Below are positions 43,948-53,736 of a DNA stretch of 64,000 nucleotides, one piece after another (within the stretch, counting starts at the first letter, position 1; each line of letters starts with the position of its first letter). This DNA comes from Candidatus Bathyarchaeota archaeon (GTDB lineage: Archaea > Thermoproteota > Bathyarchaeia > Bathyarchaeales > Bathycorpusculaceae). The position numbers were made by a program, and so were the translations under genes. The DNA is taken from positions 28,272-92,271 of the forward strand of contig JAOZHV010000044.1 of assembly GCA_026014725.1 (NCBI GenBank), read 5' to 3'. The notes under the pieces were generated by a model. The model was not told where the DNA came from, did not search any database, and worked only from the letters and a program-made list of their open reading frames with translations.

Positions 43948-45414
43948 TTAACTTGTTTGGTTCCAATAGTAAATTTGCGAGTACTTTCCAGCAACTGGGA
44001 ACGCTGAGTCATCAATGATTATGTCCAGCCTCTGCCCGTGCCTCACCAGTGCATCTTGCAGTCGGGGCCAGAACTGCTGATACTCCGCTGTCGGTTTCCA
44101 CAATCCCCAAACAGTGTCGTTTATATCTCTCAAACCCCACCCGCAATTTTCGGGCAAAACAAACGCGGCTTCAGCTTTCACTCCTCCATGAGCTACAAAG
44201 GGGTTTTGCACCACTTCATTCCAGAAACGCTCAAGAGCCCTGAAATGTTCCTCCTGTAATGTACCATAAGGCCCAGTCATGTTCTCAGCGTAGTTGAAGA
44301 CGACCACATACTCTGCGCCGCATTCGTATGAGAGGCGCATTTGGTCATAAATTTCTTGCTCACTTGCTAGGTATGGCTCTTGAGTATACTTCCACGTTAT
44401 AATCGTGCCCCAACTCTTGTTTTGCAAGTTTGCTGCGCCGCGCACAAGGGCGATGTCTTGTGTTGTGCTGTGGTTCCAGCCTAACTGAGCAAGCACCACA
44501 TCGTAACCTGATAGATAGTCGAACCAGTAAAGGCCATAGTCAGATGTGATTAAAGTGTAATTGAGTGGTCTAAGTTTGTCTAGCTCTGATTTGCCTTCTT
44601 CAACAAACCTTTTGGTTACTTCATCGTAGGTTTGAAAGGGGCGCGCATTCCACAATTCCTCGTAGGTGTACTCTAAGGTAGATTTGTCTTCAACTACCAC
44701 AGTAACCGGCTCTCCATATTCCCATATTGTAATATTAGAATCGTCTGTGGCATGGGACGGTTTCATTTGTTGAGTTGTAACTGTAATTGTTCCGTTCACA
44801 AAGTAGGTTATCGTTACAGCTGTTGGATTTCCATTATCGTATGACTGTGTACCACTTACCATGATTGTTCCATCTGGGTCATAAGTCGTCCAAGTTCCGT
44901 TTTTATTTACTTGAAGACCGCCAGAAGCATATTTGGTAATGATGGTATCGGGTTGCTTGTCATGGAAGTTTCTGTTACTGTCAAGCATTTTTCCGCCTAG
45001 TTCGTCACCAAAATATATGCCTAAGAAACTGTTGTTCCAGTGGCCATCATAGGTATCCATCCACAACTTTATTGTCCACATACTGTCTGTTCCAAAATAG
45101 ATGATGAAGCTCATTCCCGCGTTCACTGCGTAGTCGCCGACTTCGTTGATGGCAGAAGGATAAATTAGTAGCTGTCCTGATTGTAACACGAAAAGATTAG
45201 TGTAGCCTTTCACTTTATCAATAAGCAATTTCGCTTCGGCTACTGAGTTTCCGCAGTAAGTGACGCCCACATAGAACGGTTCTTTCTTAGTGCTTGAGGA
45301 GGCAGTGTAGTTGATGGCAGTGATTAATCCAACCAACAAAATGAACACCACAACCGCTGAAAGCACCACAACCCGCTTCACCAGTCGCATCTCCAAGAGA
45401 TTTTTACTCAGCAT
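43948..45414 (-). CDS. N-terminally membrane-anchored protein of an unknown alpha/beta family (paralogue A)
   Basis: TM VVVLSAVVVFILLVGLI, then FYVGVTYCGNSVAEAKLLIDKVKGYTNLFVLQSG, FGDELGGKMLD, LAQLGWNHS, ITWKYTQEPYLAS and a YYWNQTS end. The start is uncertain (45414, 45390 or 45495). Confidence 0.7.
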   Translation of the reverse strand: MLSKNLLEMRLVKRVVVLSAVVVFILLVGLITAINYTASSSTKKEPFYVGVTYCGNSVAEAKLLIDKVKGYTNLFVLQSGQLLIYPSAINEVGDYAVNAGMSFIIYFGTDSMWTIKLWMDTYDGHWNNSFLGIYFGDELGGKMLDSNRNFHDKQPDTIITKYASGGLQVNKNGTWTTYDPDGTIMVSGTQSYDNGNPTAVTITYFVNGTITVTTQQMKPSHATDDSNITIWEYGEPVTVVVEDKSTLEYTYEELWNARPFQTYDEVTKRFVEEGKSELDKLRPLNYTLITSDYGLYWFDYLSGYDVVLAQLGWNHSTTQDIALVRGAANLQNKSWGTIITWKYTQEPYLASEQEIYDQMRLSYECGAEYVVVFNYAENMTGPYGTLQEEHFRALERFWNEVVQNPFVAHGGVKAEAAFVLPENCGWGLRDINDTVWGLWKPTAEYQQFWPRLQDALVRHGQRLDIIIDDSAFPVAGKYSQIYYWNQTS

Positions 45415-45476
45415 CCCACGGGGTGGCTTATTAAATTTTGCCAAAATCGCACACCGCGTGCTCTCATGGTTTCTGG

Positions 45477-46883
45477 TCAGTTCGTTTGGTTCCAATAGTA
45501 AACTTGCTTGTACCTATCGCCAATTGGGTAGGCTGAATCGTCATAAATAATGTCTAATCTTTCCCCGTAAGTTGCCAATGCTTCTTCTATCTTAGTCCAG
45601 AGATGCCGGTACTCCTCTGGTGGCTGCCACAAACCCCAAACAGTGTCATCTGGTTTTCTCATGCCCCAGCCATAGTTCTTGGGCAAAACGAAAGCTGCCT
45701 CAGCCTTGGCTTCTCCACGCGTCACGTTTGGATTCTGAACATCCTCGTTCCAAAACCGCTCAAGCGCTTGAAAATGCTCCTCCTGCAGTGTGCCCTCGAA
45801 ACCTTGCATGTCCTCTGCATAGTTAAAGATTGCAACGTATTTAGCACCGCTCCTGTAAGCCATGCGCATCTGCTCATAGATTTCCTGCCCGCTCGCCAAA
45901 TAGGGTGCCTGTGTATACTTCCAAGTTATTATGACACCCCAAGTTTTACCCTGCATGTCTGCCGCTCCCCGAACAAGAGCAATGTCTTTAGTTACGCTGT
46001 GGTTCCAGCCAAGTTGAGCTAGAACAACATCATAGCTTGATAGGTAATCAAACCAGTAGAGCACATAATCAGATGTAAAAGTTTTGACCGTTTGATTATT
46101 TGGTACTACCCGATACATTTCATCCAAACTGTCGATGAATCTTTCTGCTGCTTCATCATAGCTTTTGATAGGTCGCGCACTCCATAATTCCTCGTACGTA
46201 TAAGGTAGACTCGAAGCATCCTCCACTATCTTTGAGGAACCACTGCCTGCTTCTTGGTGAGTCAAAAATGTGATTGTTCCGTTAGAGTAGTATGTTGTTA
46301 TGTTATAATTTTCAGAATAAACCGTAGGGTACCCTGACCTAGCTACTATTGTTCCATCGCCCTTGTAAGTAACATTGGTATTCTTGTCTATCATATAGTC
46401 TAAGATGCTGCCATCAGCAATTTTTAAAAATGAACTCTTAGTTTGCGAATCATAGAAGCGCATTTCATTGTCCAGCATTTTTCCTCCCCTCTCATCAGCA
46501 AAGTAAACCCCCAAAAAATGCTCACCCCAACGCTCATCATAACTCGAAAGCCAACTCAACATCCACCCTCCACTGTTCCCCCCAAAAAAAGTGATAAAAT
46601 CCAAACCAGATTCCACAGCATAATCTCCTATTTCATAAATTGCGGCTGTATCGTTCTGCAAAGTTCCAGATTGCAGGATGAACAGGTTAGTGTAATTCTT
46701 GACTTTGTCGATTAACTGTTTGGCTTCGGCGGTTGTGTTTCCGCAGTAAGTAACGCCAACATAGAACTTGCCATCATCAATAACCGCATGCGTTGGCGGT
46801 GCATGGCTAACTATGAAGACTGCCGTTAACACAGTTAACACTAAAACCACTACGACTACGGCAAGCAGTAATGTACGTTTCAA
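45477..46883 (-). CDS. N-terminally membrane-anchored protein of an unknown alpha/beta family (paralogue B)
   Basis: MKRTLLLAVVVVVLVLTVLTAVFIV, then the same conserved blocks as paralogue A (FYVGVTYCGNTTAEAKQLIDKVKNYTNLFILQSG ... YYWNQTN). Confidence 0.75.
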   Translation of the reverse strand: MKRTLLLAVVVVVLVLTVLTAVFIVSHAPPTHAVIDDGKFYVGVTYCGNTTAEAKQLIDKVKNYTNLFILQSGTLQNDTAAIYEIGDYAVESGLDFITFFGGNSGGWMLSWLSSYDERWGEHFLGVYFADERGGKMLDNEMRFYDSQTKSSFLKIADGSILDYMIDKNTNVTYKGDGTIVARSGYPTVYSENYNITTYYSNGTITFLTHQEAGSGSSKIVEDASSLPYTYEELWSARPIKSYDEAAERFIDSLDEMYRVVPNNQTVKTFTSDYVLYWFDYLSSYDVVLAQLGWNHSVTKDIALVRGAADMQGKTWGVIITWKYTQAPYLASGQEIYEQMRMAYRSGAKYVAIFNYAEDMQGFEGTLQEEHFQALERFWNEDVQNPNVTRGEAKAEAAFVLPKNYGWGMRKPDDTVWGLWQPPEEYRHLWTKIEEALATYGERLDIIYDDSAYPIGDRYKQVYYWNQTN

Positions 46884-47060
46884 TTTGCCACTAGCTATTC
46901 CAGTTTACTTTCGATTGATTTCTCTCAAACGTTTATTACCTTTTCCCAAATCGAACCTTTTGAGCTCTAAAATTTTTGCGAGTAACTTAAAAGTAGAATG
47001 AAACGCGGAAAATGTTTAAATCTCGTCAGAAACAGCAATACTAAAAGAGAAACAAAACAC

Positions 47061-47135
47061 GGGCCCGTAGCTCAGCCAGGTCAGAGCGCCAGGCTCATAA
47101 CCTGTTGGTCGCCGGTCCGAATCCGGCCGGGCCCA
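47061..47135 (+). tRNA. tRNA with CAT anticodon (elongator Met or Ile2; not distinguishable by eye)
   Basis: Hand-folded cloverleaf. Acceptor gggcccg/cgggccc, D-arm gctc-agccaggtca-gagc, anticodon arm ccagg-ctCATaa-cctgt, variable loop tggtc, T-arm gccgg-tccgaat-ccggc, discriminator A. No encoded CCA. Confidence 0.85.
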
Positions 47136-47146
47136 CTTTTTCCAAG

Positions 47147-47872
47147 TTATGACTTTTTCCATTTTTTCCATGGGCGCGGGATGAAGGCTGGAACGTTGCG
47201 TTTGTATTCTAGGAATTCTTCGCCGAACTGCTCTTCCATTTCTTTATCCTCTCTTTTTGCCAATTTCCAGTAGAGGACTGCTAGAATCGGCCATAAAATC
47301 AGGGTTATCACTGTGAGGTACATAACGTTCAAGCCCAAGGTGATAATGAGGAAACCCACGTATTGAGGGTTACGTATGTAACTGTAGAGTCCTGTAGTGA
47401 CGAGTCTGCCTTCGCGTCTGGCTTTATGCACTGCTCTCCAGCCATAAATGATTAAGAGTATGCCTATGCCCATGATTATTTTTGATGCTGGGAAAATGTA
47501 TGAATTAAAGAAGCGGTAGAATGGCTCCTCGCCAAAGACACCTGTTAATAGGAACTCTAAGGAGAAAATGTTGTCTTTACCTACAACAGTTGCGAACATG
47601 TACATAGTGAGTGGAATGCCATACATCTCAACAAAAAGCGCAACTACGAAAGCAATGTAGACGCTGCTTGGTAGCCGTGAGAGCTTCTTCTTAAACGGAA
47701 TGAAAGCGATAAAGAGCCCCAGAAAAACCACGTTCAGAGCGATTAGAATCCATTTTTCAGTTGTGCCCCATTGTGCATCGGTGAGGGTGAGGAAGTAGAG
47801 CGGAACAGCAATTAGTATGACTAAGACTATGAATAGAACAACTTCTTTTATTACGTGTTTTGTTATCTGCAC
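47147..47872 (-). CDS. membrane methyltransferase of the isoprenylcysteine carboxyl methyltransferase / phospholipid methyltransferase family
   Basis: Multi-TM protein with the C-terminal motif RLVTTGLYSYIRNPQYVGFLIITLG ... EDKEMEEQFGEEFLEYKRNVPAFIP. Confidence 0.8.
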   Translation of the reverse strand: MQITKHVIKEVVLFIVLVILIAVPLYFLTLTDAQWGTTEKWILIALNVVFLGLFIAFIPFKKKLSRLPSSVYIAFVVALFVEMYGIPLTMYMFATVVGKDNIFSLEFLLTGVFGEEPFYRFFNSYIFPASKIIMGIGILLIIYGWRAVHKARREGRLVTTGLYSYIRNPQYVGFLIITLGLNVMYLTVITLILWPILAVLYWKLAKREDKEMEEQFGEEFLEYKRNVPAFIPRPWKKWKKS

Positions 47873-48028
47873 TTCTTTACTCCCAAAACTGTCTTTTAAT
47901 AAAAAATGGGCGTATTCAAATATAAAATTTGCCTAAATTCAGAAGAATAATGACGGATTTCCGTAAAGAGCTGTTTTGGACAAATTTTATAATAACAATA
48001 AAGAATCTTATTATAGTAAGATAGGTTG

Positions 48029-50482
48029 ATGAGTTTGATTAGGAAATCACTTGTAGCAATGATGCTGGCAATATTAACAACCAGCATGTTAATGTTTGCA
48101 TTCAACATCCAACCCGTGAAGTCCACCGACACCATGATTCTTATTGCAACCGACGGCTCAATTGACCCTCCAACAGCGCCGATTCAACGAGACGGCAACA
48201 ACTACAAGTTCACCGCTAATATTAACAGCCAAATCGTTGTGAGGGCAAACAACATTGTGGTGGATGGAAGCGGTTACACTCTCAAGGGCTCAGGGAGCGG
48301 AAACGGGGTTTATTTGCTTGGCGTTGAAGGCGTCACAATCCAAAACGTCCATGTTGAAGGTTTCACAGCGGGCATTTACCTTGAAGGCTCGTCAGGTAAC
48401 ACCGTTACTGGAAACACCGTAACAAGCAATGCCTATGACGCCATTCGCCTACAAGATTCTTCCAACAACAAAATCACAAAAAACACCATAACAAACAACT
48501 ACCACAGCATCCGCCTCCACGGCTCATCCCAAAATACTATCACAGAGAACATTCTAAATGATGATTACCACGGCATCTTCCTCCACGGCTCTTACGGCAA
48601 CACTATCCAAAAAAACACACTAACAAACCTGCGCCTGCGAGGCATCGAACTCTACAGTTCCTCAGACTTCAACATGATTTCAGATAACACTTTAATTAAC
48701 GCGTTCAGAGGCGTCTGGCTCTCAGTTTCCTACAACAACACTATTGCAGAAAACACGATAGCAAACAACAGCTACGAAGGCATCGCCTTCTACGGCGCCT
48801 ACAACAACACCATCTCAGCAAACAACATCGCAAACAACAACTACGACGGCATCTACCTCTACGGCGCCTCAGGAACAAACACAATCATTGGAAACAACCT
48901 GACAAACAACTACCACGGCATCCACATCCACGACTCATCCAGTTCAAACATCATCAGCGGCAACACCATAACAAACAGCACCCGAGGCATCCACATACAT
49001 GAAGGCTCACAACTAAACACTCTCAAAGAAAACACAATCACAAACACCCACGACGGCATTTACCTAGACAGCTCCACACAACTAAACACCGTTACTGCAA
49101 ACACCATAACAACCAGTAACCGAGCTATCTACATCGACGGTTCGCTAAACAACACCGTTACTGCAAACACCATAACCAAAAATAATCAAGGCATCGCACT
49201 GCAAGGCTCAGCAGACTTTAACACTGTTTCAGAAAACACCATAACAGGCAACGATTATGACGGCATCTACCTGTTCCGTTCTTCCCAAAACACCATATCA
49301 AGCAATACAATCAAAGAAAACTATCACGGCATAAACATAGACAGCGCAACCAACAACACCATAACCAAAAACACAATAACAAACAATTACTACGACGGTA
49401 TACACGCTGACGACGCAGCCAACTACAACATCATCTCAGAGAACACCATAGCGAGCAATCGTTATGACGGCATCTACATGTACGACGACTCAAACTTCAA
49501 CCTCATCACAAAAAACACCATAACACGCAACGGCAATGACGGCATCTACATCTACTGCTCACAAAACAACACAATCTCACAAAACACTATAACCCAAAAT
49601 TACAAAGGCGTCTTTTTCTGGAACATGTCAGCAAACACAATTTCCGAAAACACCATAGCTGACAACATCTATGACGGCATGTGTGTACACGGCGCGTATA
49701 ACGATATTTTTGGAAATGTTATAGCCAACAGCGGCTACGACGCCATTGGACTGCACGGCGCCTTCAACATAATCTACGGAAACACTATAACAAACAGCGG
49801 CTTTGACGGCATCCACATGTACGATTCACTCTATAACACCGCTTACAGCAACAACCTGATTAACAACACAATCCAAACCCGCCTATCAGACACCACCAGC
49901 GCGCTCGATAACGGTTATGTTTCTGGGGGAAACTACTGGGCTGACTATACTGGAGTTGACGAGTTCTCAGGACCAAACCAAGATGAGCCGGGAAGCGACG
50001 GCATAGGCGACACGCCATACGTCACTGACGCAAACAACCAAGACAACTACCCGCTTATGGCTCCAATCTACTGGTTTGACGCAGGCACATTAAACGGCAC
50101 TCGCTACTCTGTTTATGTGGTGAGCAACTCGATGGTTTCAGGCCTGCAAGTTGACCCTGAAAGCTCCAGTCTGCGCCTAACAATAGCTAAAGGTGTAGCG
50201 GGCTTCTTTAGAATCGCAATCCCCAAAGCTCTTCTATCTTCGGATAGTTTGACTGTTCAAATCAACGGTGAAACAATCACGCCGAAAATCATACAAGACG
50301 ACAATAACGTGTGCCTCTACTTTACCAGCACTCAAACAACAGGCACAATTGAAATAAGCGCATCAGCAACAGCAGGCTTTCCCATGTGGGCTTCAGTTTT
50401 GATTATCGTAATCGTTTTTGCAGTTGCCATATCAGCCATAGCAATCTACAAACTAAACCTGTCAAAAAAAGCAAACCAATAA
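48029..50482 (+). CDS. secreted right-handed parallel beta-helix repeat protein (PbH1/NosD-CASH-like) with C-terminal TM anchor
   Basis: Signal LVAMMLAILTTSMLMFAFNIQPVKS. More than 20 consecutive units of about 22 aa of the type NNTITxNTITNNxxDGIYL. C-terminal TM FPMWASVLIIVIVFAVAISAIAIYKL. Confidence 0.85.
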   Translation: MSLIRKSLVAMMLAILTTSMLMFAFNIQPVKSTDTMILIATDGSIDPPTAPIQRDGNNYKFTANINSQIVVRANNIVVDGSGYTLKGSGSGNGVYLLGVEGVTIQNVHVEGFTAGIYLEGSSGNTVTGNTVTSNAYDAIRLQDSSNNKITKNTITNNYHSIRLHGSSQNTITENILNDDYHGIFLHGSYGNTIQKNTLTNLRLRGIELYSSSDFNMISDNTLINAFRGVWLSVSYNNTIAENTIANNSYEGIAFYGAYNNTISANNIANNNYDGIYLYGASGTNTIIGNNLTNNYHGIHIHDSSSSNIISGNTITNSTRGIHIHEGSQLNTLKENTITNTHDGIYLDSSTQLNTVTANTITTSNRAIYIDGSLNNTVTANTITKNNQGIALQGSADFNTVSENTITGNDYDGIYLFRSSQNTISSNTIKENYHGINIDSATNNTITKNTITNNYYDGIHADDAANYNIISENTIASNRYDGIYMYDDSNFNLITKNTITRNGNDGIYIYCSQNNTISQNTITQNYKGVFFWNMSANTISENTIADNIYDGMCVHGAYNDIFGNVIANSGYDAIGLHGAFNIIYGNTITNSGFDGIHMYDSLYNTAYSNNLINNTIQTRLSDTTSALDNGYVSGGNYWADYTGVDEFSGPNQDEPGSDGIGDTPYVTDANNQDNYPLMAPIYWFDAGTLNGTRYSVYVVSNSMVSGLQVDPESSSLRLTIAKGVAGFFRIAIPKALLSSDSLTVQINGETITPKIIQDDNNVCLYFTSTQTTGTIEISASATAGFPMWASVLIIVIVFAVAISAIAIYKLNLSKKANQ

Positions 50483-50693
50483 GCAACCAGACAATGGCTA
50501 ACTTGTTTTTCACTGCTTTTACGGATGGTGTTTTGGGTGAGTAATCATAGCTTTAGGCATAAAGTCTTGATAGGGGTAACCGTCGTTGCAGATGACCAGG
50601 AAAAGCCGTTTGCTGGATACCTCGAGCTACATTTTAAATCGAAATTAAGAAACTTTATTTGAGTTGACTACCGTTTAAAATGTCAAGATAAAG

Positions 50694-51842
50694 ATGAAAC
50701 GTGTAGGTTTGCTTTTAATAGCCATAATCTTCATCGCAAGTTTAGCAATCATCTATGCGCAAAGCCTAACTTGGAAAGCAAGTGCTGAGCAGGACGAATT
50801 TTACTTCGGAGTCTCGTTTGGTCAAGAAACCGCAGAAGAAGCCAAACGCGAAATCGATAAGGTCAAAAACTACACCAACTTCATCCTCATAAACTCGCAT
50901 GACGTAACAATAAACCAGACCGCGCTAACTGAAGTGTGTGACTACGCAGCCCAAGCCAACCTGAAATTTGTAGTCTACTTCGATTTCATATCTCGAATTG
51001 CTTATCCCTGGCATCAGGCATGGCTTGACAATGCAACGACACGGTGGGGCGACAAATTCTTGGGCGTTCATTTAAGAGATGAACTTGGCGGCAAACAAAT
51101 TGACGGCGCTAACATGACCGTTACAAACGCGGTTGACTACAGTGATGCCGCAAACCAGTTTATCTCAAACATTGCCTCATACAACAGCACCATAGACGCC
51201 AAAGCCAAGAGCATCCCAATGTTCACATCGGATTATGCCCTCTACTGGTGGGTGTACCTGGCTGGCTACGACACCGTTTTTGTGGAGTTAGGCTGGAACC
51301 TTAGCTCAACCCAGCAGATAGCGCTCTGCCGAGGCGCAGCAAACATGCAGGGCAAAGACTGGGGCGCCATCATCGTGTGGAAGTATTATGAGCCTCCGTA
51401 CTTGGCAAGTGCCCAAGAAATCTACGAGGACATGGTTTTAGCTTACAGTGCAGGAGCAAAATACGTTGTTGTATTTAATCATCCAAAGTACCCTGAAGAC
51501 AACCCGTACGGCATCCTCTCAGAAGAGCATTTTGAAGCTATGCAGCAGTTCTGGAATTACGTCAAAGCTAACCCCCGAATAAACGACGGAAGCGTGAAGG
51601 CTGAAGTGGCGCTGGTTTTACCCAAGGATTACGGCTGGGGCATGAGACGCTCAGAATACATAACGCAAGACCACATCTGGGGCATCTGGCCTGAAGACGA
51701 AAAAGCACCAGTCATTCTTGAAAACACGAAAATGCTGCTGGATAAGTACGGCTTAAAACTGGACATAATCTATGAAGACAAAGCATTCGATTACAACACA
51801 AAATACGCAAAAGTTTACTTTTGGAATAGCACAGTTCCCTAA
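50694..51842 (+). CDS. N-terminally membrane-anchored protein of an unknown alpha/beta family (paralogue C, short form)
   Basis: MKRVGLLLIAIIFIASLAIIYA, then FYFGVSFGQETAEEAKREIDKVKNYTNFILINS, RDELGGKQID, VELGWNLS, IVWKYYEPPYLAS and a VYFWNSTVP end. It lacks the roughly 100-aa insert of paralogues A and B. Confidence 0.75.
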   Translation: MKRVGLLLIAIIFIASLAIIYAQSLTWKASAEQDEFYFGVSFGQETAEEAKREIDKVKNYTNFILINSHDVTINQTALTEVCDYAAQANLKFVVYFDFISRIAYPWHQAWLDNATTRWGDKFLGVHLRDELGGKQIDGANMTVTNAVDYSDAANQFISNIASYNSTIDAKAKSIPMFTSDYALYWWVYLAGYDTVFVELGWNLSSTQQIALCRGAANMQGKDWGAIIVWKYYEPPYLASAQEIYEDMVLAYSAGAKYVVVFNHPKYPEDNPYGILSEEHFEAMQQFWNYVKANPRINDGSVKAEVALVLPKDYGWGMRRSEYITQDHIWGIWPEDEKAPVILENTKMLLDKYGLKLDIIYEDKAFDYNTKYAKVYFWNSTVP

Positions 51843-52429
51843 ACACGTTCAAACTCAACTATCTCTTTGATTATATCGTTGACCAACATTACCTTAGCAT
51901 CGTAAACGTATTCCAGATACTTTAGTCCTTGCTCGTGGTCCTGCTTGGTGAACGCTTCAACGCCGTCACTGGCAACCACTATACGGTAACCACGAAAGAA
52001 AGCGTCCGCTGAAGTATGCCTAATACAAATATTAGTATGCAACCCGCCCAGCACCACCGTTTTCGCACCATCGCCCTTGTAGAGACTGCGAAGCAGCGGG
52101 TCTAATCCAGTCTCAAAAAAGCCGCTGTAAGTTCGCTTTTCCACGATGTAATCGCTTGTTTTATCTGGCTCCAACTCAGGGATGACTTCGGCGCCCTTGG
52201 TGCCTTTGATGGCGTGGCTACCCCATTTCCTTATAACCTCAAAATCTTGAGGGTAATGAGCGTCTATACTATAGATAACCGGCACCTCTTTTTTGCGTGC
52301 AGCCACAACCAGACGCTGCAACGGCTCAACGATATTGCCAACTCTCTTGATTTTTAGAGGCCCAGTGAAGAAATCGTTTTGAACATCCACAAGTATGACA
52401 GCTGGATTAATCAAAACTATCACTCTCAC
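51839..52429 (-). CDS. isochorismatase-family cysteine hydrolase (nicotinamidase/pyrazinamidase-like)
   Basis: ILVDVQNDFF, the VIYSIDAH context and VLGGLHTNICIRHTSADA (catalytic Cys). Confidence 0.8.
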   Translation of the reverse strand: MRVIVLINPAVILVDVQNDFFTGPLKIKRVGNIVEPLQRLVVAARKKEVPVIYSIDAHYPQDFEVIRKWGSHAIKGTKGAEVIPELEPDKTSDYIVEKRTYSGFFETGLDPLLRSLYKGDGAKTVVLGGLHTNICIRHTSADAFFRGYRIVVASDGVEAFTKQDHEQGLKYLEYVYDAKVMLVNDIIKEIVEFERV

Positions 52430-52464
52430 TAGAAAGGACGCCAGAGATTCTATTTAGCTTTATG

Positions 52465-53517
52465 TTAAACTGAACAGTTCGCGCTCGTCAACTTTTCAGC
52501 ACCGCTCTTCGTCACTAAGACAGTGTCTTCGATTCTGACTCCGCCAAAGCCGGGCAGGTAAATCCCAGGCTCAACCGTCACAACGTTACCCGCCTCCAAC
52601 ACGTCTTTACTGTCAGGGCTCAGCACGGGTCCTTCATGAACCTCCAAACCAACACCGTGCCCCAAGTTATGAACGAAATAGTCACAGAACCCAGCCTCCT
52701 CAACCACAAGCCTAGCTACTGCGTCAACATCTTTTGCCGCTACACTTGGCTTGATTACCTCGATAGCTTTCTGTTGCGCCCGCTGGATTGTCTGGAACAT
52801 TCTTGCTTGTTTTTCTGAAGGTTTCCCAGCGATTAATGTTCGGGTAATGTCTGAGCAATAAAACCTGTACTTTGCACCTAAATCAACCACAACAAAATCA
52901 CCCTCCTCAATGGTTCTCTCTTGAGCGGCGCCGTGTGGGTAGGCGCAACAAAAGCCTGAAGCAACAATCGTGTCAAAAGCTGTGCCGTCTGAGCCTGCCC
53001 TGCGCATGGCGTATTCGACTTCGGCAGCAACTTCATTTTCTTTCATGCCTGGACGGATGATTTCAGCAGCGGTTTGCATACCGATATCAGCTAACTTGCA
53101 GGCTTGACGAATCAGTTTGATTTCTTGCTCATCCTTAATTTTTCGTAATTCAACGATTAAATTGTTGACGGGTTCGAGCTTTTCTTCTCCACCGACGGCT
53201 TTGGCGAGAGCACGCCAGCTTTCAATCGGCAGGGTGTCAACGGCAAGCTTTTTGCATTGGATTTGCTCGGAAATTTTATCAACAAGTTTCTCGCCACGCT
53301 TTATGGGTTCAACAGTAAAGTTTTTGACTTCTGCTTTTGCACGCTCATAGTTAGTTGTTGAGACGTAGAGAATGCCCTCGTTTTGTTCAGTGAGTAAGAG
53401 TGCTACTGCCTCAGAGAAACCTGAAAAATAGATTATGTTAATCGGATTAAAAATTGCCAAGTTGGATGGTTTGCCCTGTTTTTCAACTGACTGTTTTAGG
53501 GCGTTGATGTGTTTCAA
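52465..53517 (-). CDS. Xaa-Pro aminopeptidase/dipeptidase (peptidase M24B)
   Basis: Creatinase-like N-domain plus the pita-bread metal ligand contexts VVVDLGAKYRFYCSDITRT, HNLGHGVGLEVHE, VTVEPGIY and VRIEDTV. Confidence 0.85.
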   Translation of the reverse strand: MKHINALKQSVEKQGKPSNLAIFNPINIIYFSGFSEAVALLLTEQNEGILYVSTTNYERAKAEVKNFTVEPIKRGEKLVDKISEQIQCKKLAVDTLPIESWRALAKAVGGEEKLEPVNNLIVELRKIKDEQEIKLIRQACKLADIGMQTAAEIIRPGMKENEVAAEVEYAMRRAGSDGTAFDTIVASGFCCAYPHGAAQERTIEEGDFVVVDLGAKYRFYCSDITRTLIAGKPSEKQARMFQTIQRAQQKAIEVIKPSVAAKDVDAVARLVVEEAGFCDYFVHNLGHGVGLEVHEGPVLSPDSKDVLEAGNVVTVEPGIYLPGFGGVRIEDTVLVTKSGAEKLTSANCSV

Positions 53518-53669
53518 GGTTTTTCGCCTATCTGAGAGCAGATTGTTTTGAAGGTTGGTTTAAGTTTTTGCTTTAGGAGTGAGAAAAGGGTGGTAATTTT
53601 GGCTGTTTACAGGTGCGTTATGTATAAAAACACAGGTCGATATTAACCGTGATTTTTTAAATGAATCAG

Positions 53670-53701
53670 CCATTAACTTAATATAGCTTTCAAATGACTA
53701 A
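53670..53701 (+). promoter_or_regulatory. conserved promoter element upstream of AOR copy 1 (contains TATA-like TTAATATA)
   Basis: ccattaacttaatatagctttcaaatgactaa. 30 of 32 nt are identical to 57736-57767. It ends 36 nt before the ATG at 53737. Confidence 0.6.
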
Positions 53702-53736
53702 CTACCCATAACAAGCATTGAGGGGACAAAAAAAGC

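Noticed and set aside
46998-47273. 91-aa plus-strand ORF spanning the tRNA gene.
   Set aside because: It reads straight through a well-folding tRNA and into the antisense of the methyltransferase gene, so it is spurious.
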